A stretch of DNA of 64,000 nucleotides from Candidatus Bathyarchaeota archaeon (lineage in GTDB: Archaea; Thermoproteota; Bathyarchaeia; Bathyarchaeales; Bathycorpusculaceae): assembly GCA_963717465.1 (NCBI GenBank), contig OY970340.1:2976001-3040000 (forward strand), in the 5' to 3' direction. A program made the translations under genes and the position numbers. Of the stretch, positions 44,147-55,317 are shown piece by piece. How positions within the stretch are numbered: position 1 is the stretch's first letter; every line of letters starts with the position of its first letter. Below the pieces are notes generated by a model. That model worked only from the letters and a program-made list of their open reading frames with translations. It was not told the DNA's origin and did not search any database.

Positions 44147-45019
44147 TTATTCCATCCTCGCTTCAGTTAAATTCCTTCCTATTACAAGCTTAACAAAAAG
44201 ATTTAACGCTAGCATTATTAATATTAGAATTAATGCTGCTCCCCACGCTTGAGCCTGCCAGGCGGTCCCACTGGTTGCGTAATTATAAATGAGATAAGTC
44301 ATGGAGCCAGTCTGCTGATTAAATATATTTGTTGTAATGAAGGTACTGTAGCCCGCGGTTAATAATAATGGAGCTGTCTCCCCTGCCGCGCGAGCAACAG
44401 CCAAAACTATACCTGTCAAAAGCCCATTTTTCCCTGTACTTATAACGACTCTGAAAATGGTTTTCCATCTTGGAACCCCTAGAGCCATTGAGGCTTCTCT
44501 TAATGTGATTGGAACTAGCTTAAGAGATTCATCCGTCGCTCTTGTGATGATAGGAATCATAATAAAACTTAAAGCAACAGCGCCTGCAATAGCAGAAAAC
44601 TCTTTGGTAGCAACTACGATAATTATGAAAACGAATAAGCCTAGCACCATTGATGGGAAACCTGTAAGCACATCATTCATGAAGCCGGAAATTTTCGAGA
44701 TATTAGATGAAGACCACTCGGAAAAAAATATGCCTGCTCCAACGCCTATTGGTACAGAAAAAAGCGCGGCTAAACCAACCATTATGAAGGAGCCAACTAG
44801 CGCATTAGCTATTCCTCCGCTTGAAGGGTATAGAGCATTTGGTAACTTTGTTAAGAAAGTTAGATTTACGGCAGAGGCGCCTTGCATGAAAACGTCCACG
44901 AGAATGAATACCAAGGGTATTACCGCTAGAGCTACTGCTACAATAATTAGAATAGTCATCAATTTGTTGACGATTTTTCGCCAAATAGATATGCTTGTAG
45001 ACAGATTAGAGTTTGTCAT
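44147..45019 (-). CDS. pstA: Phosphate ABC transporter permease PstA
   Basis: GGIANALVGS, LREASMALG and ARAAGETAPLL motifs. Confidence 0.96.
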   Translation of the reverse strand: MTNSNLSTSISIWRKIVNKLMTILIIVAVALAVIPLVFILVDVFMQGASAVNLTFLTKLPNALYPSSGGIANALVGSFIMVGLAALFSVPIGVGAGIFFSEWSSSNISKISGFMNDVLTGFPSMVLGLFVFIIIVVATKEFSAIAGAVALSFIMIPIITRATDESLKLVPITLREASMALGVPRWKTIFRVVISTGKNGLLTGIVLAVARAAGETAPLLLTAGYSTFITTNIFNQQTGSMTYLIYNYATSGTAWQAQAWGAALILILIMLALNLFVKLVIGRNLTEARME

Positions 45020-45031
45020 TATCTCAATCTC

Positions 45032-45967
45032 TCAAACGTTAATCCGTCTACCACCAGACATCCTTCTAAGCAGAAGCCTAGCAAACATGTTAATTAAAAG
45101 TGCAATAAAAAATAATATTAAAGCTATTTCAATTATTGCTGATTGATAAAGTGTTCCCTGTGAAGTGCCTCCGAATTCGTTCGCTATTAACGAAGAGAGG
45201 GTGTAGCCAGCTGAAAACAAATTTGCTGTTATGGTTGGACTGTTACCAATCACCATAGTTACCGCCATAGTTTCGCCCACAGCGCGTCCCAGTCCAAGAA
45301 CGAACGCTCCAAAGATACCTGTTCTAGCATAGGGCAAAACGCTTTTCTGTGTAACTTCCCAGTCAGTAGCGCCAAGCGAGTACATTGCTTCGCGCTGGCT
45401 ATTTGGAACAGCACTCAAAACATCTCTAGATACTGCAGACATTGTTGGGATCACCATTATCGCCAAAATGATTCCAGCTATAAAAAAATTATAGCCGTGG
45501 GACGTCCCTGAAAATAGAGGTATGAAACCAAGATATTCATGCAAAGGATTTTCGACATAATCACGCAATAACGGTGCCAAAATTATCAGTCCCCATAAGC
45601 CGTAAATAACACTGGGCACAGCTGCTAAGAGGTCAACTAATGTTCCTAGTAAATAACCGAAGGTTCTGTGAGCTTTCAACTTCTCTGAGATAAAAATTGC
45701 GATGCCCAAGCTGATTGGGAAGCCTATGAGGAGAGCAATACCTGATGTTAATAAAGTTCCGTAGATAAATGGTAAAGCGCCAAATATTTCATGGACAGGG
45801 TCCCATTTGGTTCCAATCAAGAAGCCTGGTCCAAATGTGCATATTGAAGCGGCTGACCCCATAAAAAGTTCAATTGCAAGTGCAACAAGAAGACCTACCA
45901 CAAATAGAGCTGCAGCAGCAAGAAGAATTTTTACGATTGTATCTCCCCGCACCAGTTTGGAATGCAC
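45032..45967 (-). CDS. pstC: Phosphate ABC transporter permease PstC
   Basis: WDP...FGALPFIYGT, PSVIYGLWG, GRAVGETMAV and IANEF motifs. Confidence 0.96.
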   Translation of the reverse strand: MHSKLVRGDTIVKILLAAAALFVVGLLVALAIELFMGSAASICTFGPGFLIGTKWDPVHEIFGALPFIYGTLLTSGIALLIGFPISLGIAIFISEKLKAHRTFGYLLGTLVDLLAAVPSVIYGLWGLIILAPLLRDYVENPLHEYLGFIPLFSGTSHGYNFFIAGIILAIMVIPTMSAVSRDVLSAVPNSQREAMYSLGATDWEVTQKSVLPYARTGIFGAFVLGLGRAVGETMAVTMVIGNSPTITANLFSAGYTLSSLIANEFGGTSQGTLYQSAIIEIALILFFIALLINMFARLLLRRMSGGRRINV

Positions 45968-46039
45968 CCGCCTTTAGCTGCCTCATTATCGTTATTTTGT
46001 TAGTTAATATTAAAAAAAGGGATAAATAATCTATTAAAG

Positions 46040-47197
46040 CTAGCCTTCTATTGACGTTCCGTTGTATGTTATCAATTTGAGTGTTGTATTGTCAACGGCA
46101 ACTATGTTCGCAGGTAATGCAGCATAGCCTAACCCTTTTCCTAAAGACTGACCTGAGTTCACGATCCACGAAAGGAAGTTGACGAGAGCAGCACCTTGAG
46201 CTTGATTAGTCTGCGCCTGGTAAACAAGAGCGTAAGTCAATGTTGTAATCGGGTACGAGGTTGAAGCTGTTGTATTGGTGAATATGTTATCGACGATAGA
46301 GACATTTGTCCAAGCAGCATTTCCCACTGGAAGACCAGATGAGGCACCTGCTTCGAGCGCTGCAGTTATGTTTGTGACGTTAGCTAGGATGAAATTTCCG
46401 GCAGCATTTTGAACAGCTCCATAGTATAGTGAAGCTTGACCTGTGTTTTCAAGTATGTAGGCTATTTCGAGCGGACCGATAGAGTAGGGTGTTGCACCAA
46501 TTTCGTCTGCTACCCCTGCGTTTTTAGGAGCCCCTATTGCATTTCCATTATCAGTTGGCCAACTTACCGAAGTTCCTTTCCCAACAGTTGTATTCCAAGT
46601 ACTGCTTGAGTCAGATAAGAAATCGGTGAAGGCAAACATGGTTCCACTGCTATCAGATCGGTGAACAGTAATGATTGTTTGATCAGGCAATAGAGCGGCT
46701 ATAGAAGGGCTTTGGAGCGCTTGGATAGCGGAATCATTCCACGTAGTTATTGTTCCCAAGAAAATAGCTGCAAGAACTGAACCCGTGAAATTAAGGCCAT
46801 TTTGACATAATGAGCCGTTGGTAAGTTTTACGTCGTATGCTGGTACTACTGCGCTGGCTGATATGGGTATAGTTAAAGCTGTTGAGGGTAGCTTCGCGTA
46901 TTGTGCTGCAGTCATTGGTGCATCGGATTCGCCGAAATTCACGGTTTGGTCTGTAAAGTCGGTAATTCCAGTGCCACTTCCTACAGCGCTATAACTAACT
47001 TGTATATTTGGCTGTACTGAAGAATACTCTGATTGCCAAACGGACATTATCGGATAGACAAGTGTTCCTCCTGCACCGCTAACAGTTGCGGCTGCTAATC
47101 CTGTTGCTGGTTTTGACAGTTCTACGTAGGCGAATACGCTTCCGACTATTATGATAATTACTGCTACAACAATTGCAATTATATAGGTTGTTTTCAT
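46040..47197 (-). CDS. pstS: Phosphate ABC transporter substrate-binding protein
   Basis: N-terminal anchor; GAGGT, VGSGTG, HRSDSSGT and YPI motifs. Confidence 0.95.
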   Translation of the reverse strand: MKTTYIIAIVVAVIIIIVGSVFAYVELSKPATGLAAATVSGAGGTLVYPIMSVWQSEYSSVQPNIQVSYSAVGSGTGITDFTDQTVNFGESDAPMTAAQYAKLPSTALTIPISASAVVPAYDVKLTNGSLCQNGLNFTGSVLAAIFLGTITTWNDSAIQALQSPSIAALLPDQTIITVHRSDSSGTMFAFTDFLSDSSSTWNTTVGKGTSVSWPTDNGNAIGAPKNAGVADEIGATPYSIGPLEIAYILENTGQASLYYGAVQNAAGNFILANVTNITAALEAGASSGLPVGNAAWTNVSIVDNIFTNTTASTSYPITTLTYALVYQAQTNQAQGAALVNFLSWIVNSGQSLGKGLGYAALPANIVAVDNTTLKLITYNGTSIEG

Positions 47198-47230
47198 TTT
47201 TGTTTTCTCCTTAGTTGCTTACACTCTAAT

Positions 47231-47288
47231 AATAGTTATATAGTAATCTAATATAGACTATAGATTGACTTATAGAACTATATAAGTC
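47231..47288. promoter_or_regulatory. TATAG-repeat / palindromic element upstream of pstS
   Basis: TATAG at 47239, 47252, 47259 and 47271; perfect inverted repeat GACTTATA-N6-TATAAGTC at 47267-47288. Confidence 0.55.
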
Positions 47289-47356
47289 ACATATTTTTCA
47301 TTAGAAAATCTGATAACGAAAATGTAGGAAACAGGAAAAAAGAAAAAAGTTTACGA

Positions 47357-47527
47357 CTAACATAAAACATCGGTATTTACAAGCTCAATGTTTAACTCCA
47401 CACTTCCGCAATCAATTAGATGCGCAGTGCCATCCGGGCAGTAAACTTTATCACCTTTCCGGGTTTTATGATAGCGTTTACCGCATTCTTTAAACAAGGA
47501 GCAACCGTCACAATCTCGTGACAACAT
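47357..47527 (-). CDS. Small Cys-rich hypothetical protein (56 aa)
   Basis: Manual translation MLSRDCDGCSLFKECGKRYHKTRKGDKVYCPDGTAHLIDCGSVELNIELVNTDVLC; GAAGGTGG RBS upstream. Confidence 0.65.
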   Translation of the reverse strand: MLSRDCDGCSLFKECGKRYHKTRKGDKVYCPDGTAHLIDCGSVELNIELVNTDVLC

Positions 47528-47876
47528 TCATTCCACCTTCAATATTGAATAGAGATTATTACAAATCCCAGCCTATAGAGATGATGAATGTAAAATACAT
47601 ATTATAAATAGAAAAGAATGCGTAGTCAAACGTTTTCCCCAAGAAAAAAATATTAAATAACGCATGTCACTAAAATTCTTCAATAAATTCAAGAAAACAA
47701 ACATTTTCCCTAAAAAAGGCAAAAATAATAGAAAAAAGGGAATGTACTCAACTTTTCTTTTAGGCATAATTTGGACAAATTATTTTCTATTTTCCATGAT
47801 TGTGGCTGTGATTGGTCAATCACATACGATTAAGTATCATCTGATAAATCTCAATATTTCAGTGGAGGTGAAATGT

Positions 47877-48308
47877 TTGGCTGATATTGTCGATACAGCC
47901 ATGGCGGCAGGTAATTTTAAAACGCTTATTAAAGCAGTTCAAGCTGCTGATTTGGTGGGAACGTTAAAGAGTGCGGGTCCGTTTACTGTTTTTGCTCCAA
48001 CAGATGAAGCTTTTTCGAAATTGCCTCAAGGAACAGTTGAAGGCCTCCTTAAAGATATTCCAAAATTGAAATCGATTCTAACTTATCACGTCGTCTCTGG
48101 TAAAGTTATGGCTGCTGATGTTGCTAAACTTAAAAATGCCACAACCGTCGAAGGCGAAGAAATCCATATTGACGCTTCAAGATGGCATCTTCACAGAAAC
48201 ATCAAGGTCAACAACGCCGAAATACTCAAGGCTGATATAATGGCTGACAACGGTGTTATTCACGTGATTAACAAGGTTTTGATGCCGCCAATGGAAATGA
48301 AGCATTAA
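47877..48308 (+). CDS. Fasciclin (FAS1) domain protein
   Basis: [26 protein letters not shown] and NGVIHVI motifs; TTG start after GGAGGTGA. Confidence 0.95.
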   Translation: MADIVDTAMAAGNFKTLIKAVQAADLVGTLKSAGPFTVFAPTDEAFSKLPQGTVEGLLKDIPKLKSILTYHVVSGKVMAADVAKLKNATTVEGEEIHIDASRWHLHRNIKVNNAEILKADIMADNGVIHVINKVLMPPMEMKH

Positions 48309-48446
48309 GACTTTTTAAAGACCCAATTGAAAACTTATTTTAAGTAAACATATTTTTCTTTTTATTTTTTCTTAACTTTTTCATAATTTTCTTCGTAATT
48401 TTTCATTAAAAATTTCACTGTAAAGAAAACGAAATATGGCAGTTAT

Positions 48447-48512
48447 CCATGCATAGGCAAAACAACGACACCTTCTTGTAAGATACTCACGCAAATATCG
48501 CTCAAACACTAC

Positions 48513-48519
<7 letters not shown>
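48447..48519 (-). repeat. 3' arm of 23S pre-rRNA processing stem
   Basis: Complementary to 51551-51633, including a perfect 23-bp inverted repeat CCATGCATAGGCAAAACAACGAC. Confidence 0.85.
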
Positions 48520-51550
<3,031 letters not shown>

Positions 51551-51557
<7 letters not shown>

Positions 51558-51633
51558 GGTAGTGTTTATTGGCGTTTGGTGAATACCTTACATATTTTAT
51601 TGTGTTTGGCGTCGTTGTTTTGCCTATGCATGG
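51551..51633 (-). repeat. 5' arm of 23S pre-rRNA processing stem (bulge-helix-bulge-like)
   Basis: GGCCAATGGTAGTGTTT...GTGAATACCTTACA and GTCGTTGTTTTGCCTATGCATGG pair with 48447-48519. Confidence 0.85.
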
Positions 51634-51948
51634 TGTCATTTTGAGCGAATTTTTTGCTCAGTTCACCCTTCACTCCACATCGTTGCGGGTGTGGAGTTGC
51701 ATTTTGGTTGCTGAATTGCATTAGAAGCTTATTACGGTAATATAAGTATATCGTTGGCGATACTAAAAGATTGTTGAAGATGGCATTTTTACGGTTGATT
51801 GTTCTATTTTGATGGTTTATTGCTTAATGCCTATGTAGAATGGTTTTTGAGTAGCTTACTATTGGAAGAATCATGGATTTAAGGGTAGTAAGTTTTATTT
51901 GCTTAATCCTTCATGTCATGATGTCAAACTAGGCTAGTTTGCTGATGT

Positions 51949-52025
51949 GCCTCGATAGCTCAGCCCGGTAGAGCGGCTGCCTTGTAAGCAGCAGGCCGCG
52001 GGATCAAGGCCCGCTCGAGGCTCCA
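51949..52025 (+). tRNA. tRNA-Thr(UGU), CCA encoded, no intron
   Basis: Acceptor stem GCCTCGA/TCGAGGC, anticodon arm GCTGC-CTTGTAA-GCAGC, T arm GCGGG-ATCAAGG-CCCGC, discriminator T then CCA. Confidence 0.96.
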
Positions 52026-52080
52026 CTAATCGAAAGATTGGGTCTACTCCAAATACGGTTATAGTGCTCGATATTGAACT

Positions 52081-52141
52081 TCAGGAAAACCCCTGAGAAT
52101 CTCGGAAAACCCACGAATAACATGGAAAATCTCGGAAAACC
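52081..52141 (+). repeat. Phased short direct repeats (GGAAAA x4; AATCTCGGAAAACC x2)
   Basis: GGAAAA starts at 52084, 52104, 52124 and 52134. Confidence 0.8.
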
Positions 52142-52259
52142 GAATTATACTCAAACCTTCAGCAGAAAATTGCTGCCAGCGTTGACGAGTCGATGAACTA
52201 CGTAAAACTTGCAAAAAGGCAGTAAAAGTGATTTTTTTGGATAAGAATCTGCTCGGAAG

Positions 52260-52415
52260 AAACTCCGGAGGAAAAAATTATTTGCTTCCTCTCTTTGTAG
52301 CAACAGACGCACACTGTGCGTGTGTGAATGTTGTATGTTGTGTGTTAGAGTTAATTTGCGGTTGTAGTTGTTAGTAAGTTGTTAGTTTTTGGTTGGTTGG
52401 ATTAAAATTTAATCC
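52260..52415 (+). repeat. ~155-bp G/T-rich non-coding direct repeat, copy 1
   Basis: Closely matches 60806-60960; ends in palindrome GGATTAAAATTTAATCC. Confidence 0.92.
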
Positions 52416-52517
52416 AAAAAAAATTACGCTAACTCTCACTCTCATTCTCACACACATAAATACAAACAGGCACACACAATGGAGGAGGCGCACAGGGAGG
52501 GAGGCGCACAGGCCTTG

Positions 52518-52994
52518 ACACGTCTCTAGCGTCTTGTTCATGCTCAATGTTCTGAGGCGTTTGACGAAATACAGTTCCGCCAAGCGCAGCCATCCGCGTG
52601 TCAACCGGAGTTGTCCATTCTTCGCTGATGTCTGACACCGTCGCCCATTTCCCAGGCGTTAGTTTAGCTGATACTTCGTCAAGAAACTCTGCGTCGACCC
52701 CAGAACGATGAAGATCCAACATGCCTCCCGCAAAAGTTCCAGTCACGGCACCTATGCCAAAACCGATTGTCCCCCTAAAAGCCCGATTAAAGCACCGATT
52801 GCTGTTCCACTAATTGTGCGGATTGGAAATTCTTCTCCTTTCTCCTTCACGATTACTTTTCCCTCCGAATTCTTTTGTATGACCGCTTATGCATGAATAG
52901 AAATGCTGCCTTCAGAATCAAGTTCGGCTAGAGCCCTGTAGCCGTTGTAGGCTTTTAGCTCATTATCAAAAACCACTACAACCATTTGCTCCAA
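52518..52994 (-). pseudogene. Degraded paralog of the DUF1269-like protein at 57377-58186
   Basis: EQMVVVVFDNELKAYNG...SIHA*AV (in-frame stop), a frameshift, then EVSAKLTPGKWA...PVDTRMAALGGTVFR; truncated after EHEQDARDV. Confidence 0.88.
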
Positions 52995-53155
52995 CTAAAA
53001 ATCTCGACTAAAAATCAACTTAAGAGCTTTTCCCACTGACAATTAGTTTTGGTGAAACAAATAAGTTCAAAAAAATTGCTACTTTTATTTTTTTAAAAAT
53101 AATATGCAAAATTTGTTTAGCCATAGCATCACGCTTAGATGCATATTGTGCAGTT

Positions 53156-54058
53156 TCAGGTTTTCAGGCAATTATCAATCAGAAATTTTGGCGCTTCCAT
53201 AAGTAGAGATCGGTATTTATTCTCAGGGAGACGCATGCTATTTATTAAATTCTCCGCTGATTTTAGTGATTTTCTTATTTCAACATCGAATATGGCTTGA
53301 GTATTGATGTTCATTTCTGATAACAATTTTCTAGGAGATAAGCCTTCATTTAAGCCATTAATAAAAGATGTACGCGTGCTAAGGTCTAATTCTTTAATAA
53401 TCCATGGTATAGAAACTATATCTCCTTTTATGCAATCCTTACTGTCGTCAGCTAATTGATAGCCTATTCCAATTTGTTTTCCGTACTCCCAAAAAAGGTT
53501 AGACAAATTTTCTGAAGCTTCAGCCTCCAAGCTTCCTAATTTTGCTGAGCCCGCAAACAAAGCAGCCGTTTTATTTGTAATAATATCGAAATACTTTTCT
53601 TCTCCTGAACGAAGCATAGATTTAAAATTTTTACGATATTCTAAATCATCGATTTCTCCTTCAAGAGATTTTTCCAAAATATCCCAAAATGTCTTCATTA
53701 TTCTCGGGTTGCCTACCGCTTTTTTTAGTCCTAACACGAGCGCCCTTGTTCCAGTAAGAAAGGCATCTTCAATTCCAAACAATTTATAATAACACAGTTT
53801 ATCTCTTCTTTCTATATCGCCATCCATAATATCATCATAAACAAGGCTTGTTGAATGCTGGAGCTCAATTGCGACTGCAAGATCCAGCATATTAATATAG
53901 TTTTTTTCTATACCTCCGCAGGCTCTAAAGGTAAGCAAACAAAGCAGCGGCCTTAACCTTTTGCCGTTTTGTACAAAATATTCTATTTTTCTTTTTCTGT
54001 CATATTTGCGTAAGTAATAATTAAGCCTTTTTTCAATGTCCCCTCTAGGCAGATTCAA
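53156..54058 (-). CDS. Polyprenyl diphosphate synthase (trans-IPPS)
   Basis: GKRLRP, FARM DDIMD..RR, KTAALF and SARM YQLADDSKD. Confidence 0.92.
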   Translation of the reverse strand: MNLPRGDIEKRLNYYLRKYDRKRKIEYFVQNGKRLRPLLCLLTFRACGGIEKNYINMLDLAVAIELQHSTSLVYDDIMDGDIERRDKLCYYKLFGIEDAFLTGTRALVLGLKKAVGNPRIMKTFWDILEKSLEGEIDDLEYRKNFKSMLRSGEEKYFDIITNKTAALFAGSAKLGSLEAEASENLSNLFWEYGKQIGIGYQLADDSKDCIKGDIVSIPWIIKELDLSTRTSFINGLNEGLSPRKLLSEMNINTQAIFDVEIRKSLKSAENLINSMRLPENKYRSLLMEAPKFLIDNCLKT

Positions 54059-54491
54059 AAAAACTGTCCAAATCCATAATATGACACTTCAATCGATTAC
54101 ATTCGTAAAACTTCGACGAGGCAATCTACATTGAATACTTATTATCCAGAGGAATAATAAGGTTGCACTTCTACAGCCCGTATCAATTTAATGAAATTTA
54201 GGATCATTTAAAGGAGCAATTTTCTATTACTTTTTGTCCTCTCGCATTATGCTTTATTTTATGAGGAGTTATTTTTTGTTAATTTTTACCCCTCGCAGTT
54301 GAGTTAGAGGTCGCCATTTTAAGAAATATCCACTTGGCAAATATAATGTTGGAGGTATGGTGGAAATATACTAATCGGCACTAACGCGTTTTGGGTTCGT
54401 ATCAATTGTCCAGCCGAAATTGCAGTTATTACTTTGAAGGGAAATAACTGCTGTGGCAGTGAATGTTAAGCGAGCGAGCGCTTTTGAGCTT

Positions 54492-55088
54492 TTAATAAAG
54501 CAAGAAAGCGACCACTGTTAGAATAATGCTTGGGATGAAAACTAAAGCCCAAAGTATCTTGTTATAAGTAAAAACTTTACGTCCATCCAAATCTCCAACA
54601 GGAATTAGATTAAAGGCTGCTATCCAACCGTTGATGTAAGCGACAAAAAACAGCATCAGACCATACGCGCTTGGATATAAAACAAACGCCAATCCAGAGA
54701 AGACACCTGATAAAATGAGGTTAGTGAGGGGTCCAGCAATAGAAATTTGGACAATTTGATCAGCATCAGGTGAACCACCAATCATCATCACACCTGGCGC
54801 AATTATCCTAAACGGCAAAAATATGGAAATAAAAGTCAAGACTACGCCCCAAGTTGTTAACCGGAATTCTGCCCATAAACCGTTCTTATTAGCCATAACT
54901 TTATGCATAAGCTCATGCAACAAAAAAGATGCTGTCATAAGAAACGCGAAAGCAGCCATAAGATCCCAAGTCCACGTAAAATCGAAATCTCCGAAATAGT
55001 TTCCAAACAACCCGATAGAGAAGCCAATAGCGATAACGAGCAGCGCCGCAACGATTACGTTTCGTATCTCTTTATAGCTAAAGGACAC
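54492..55088 (-). CDS. Site-2 protease (peptidase M50)
   Basis: HELMH, IAGPLTN and FNLIPVGDLDG motifs. Confidence 0.93.
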   Translation of the reverse strand: MSFSYKEIRNVIVAALLVIAIGFSIGLFGNYFGDFDFTWTWDLMAAFAFLMTASFLLHELMHKVMANKNGLWAEFRLTTWGVVLTFISIFLPFRIIAPGVMMIGGSPDADQIVQISIAGPLTNLILSGVFSGLAFVLYPSAYGLMLFFVAYINGWIAAFNLIPVGDLDGRKVFTYNKILWALVFIPSIILTVVAFLLY

Positions 55089-55317
55089 CTCTCATGCCTC
55101 GATTGCTAACACACGCTGCTCCAAAATATTCAGCATCAGTATTTTTAAAATCATTTCTCTCACTTTTGGTATTTTTAAAAATATTTCTCTCAATTTTTTA
55201 TGTTTAACCAATTATTAAGACCTAGCTTCCACATTTTTTCTCACGCTTCATACGTCATTCTTGAACAATACTTTCCCAAGAAGGCCAAAAATTTAATTTC
55301 ATATTATTTTATTTGAA

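Noticed and set aside
44457..45146. 229-aa ORF antisense to pstA/pstC and similar antisense ORFs elsewhere
   Set aside because: Shadow ORFs opposite well-supported genes
47664..47876. Long N-terminal extension of the fasciclin ORF
   Set aside because: A strong RBS precedes TTG at 47877; the extension is AT-rich intergenic sequence
52081..52141. CRISPR array
   Set aside because: Repeats are only 6-14 bp with short irregular spacers, and no cas genes are present
52371..52746. ORFs with low-complexity ends (CVPVCIYVCENESES; CVCLFVFMCVRMRVRV)
   Set aside because: Read-through from the truncated DUF1269 pseudogene into the CA-rich non-coding tract
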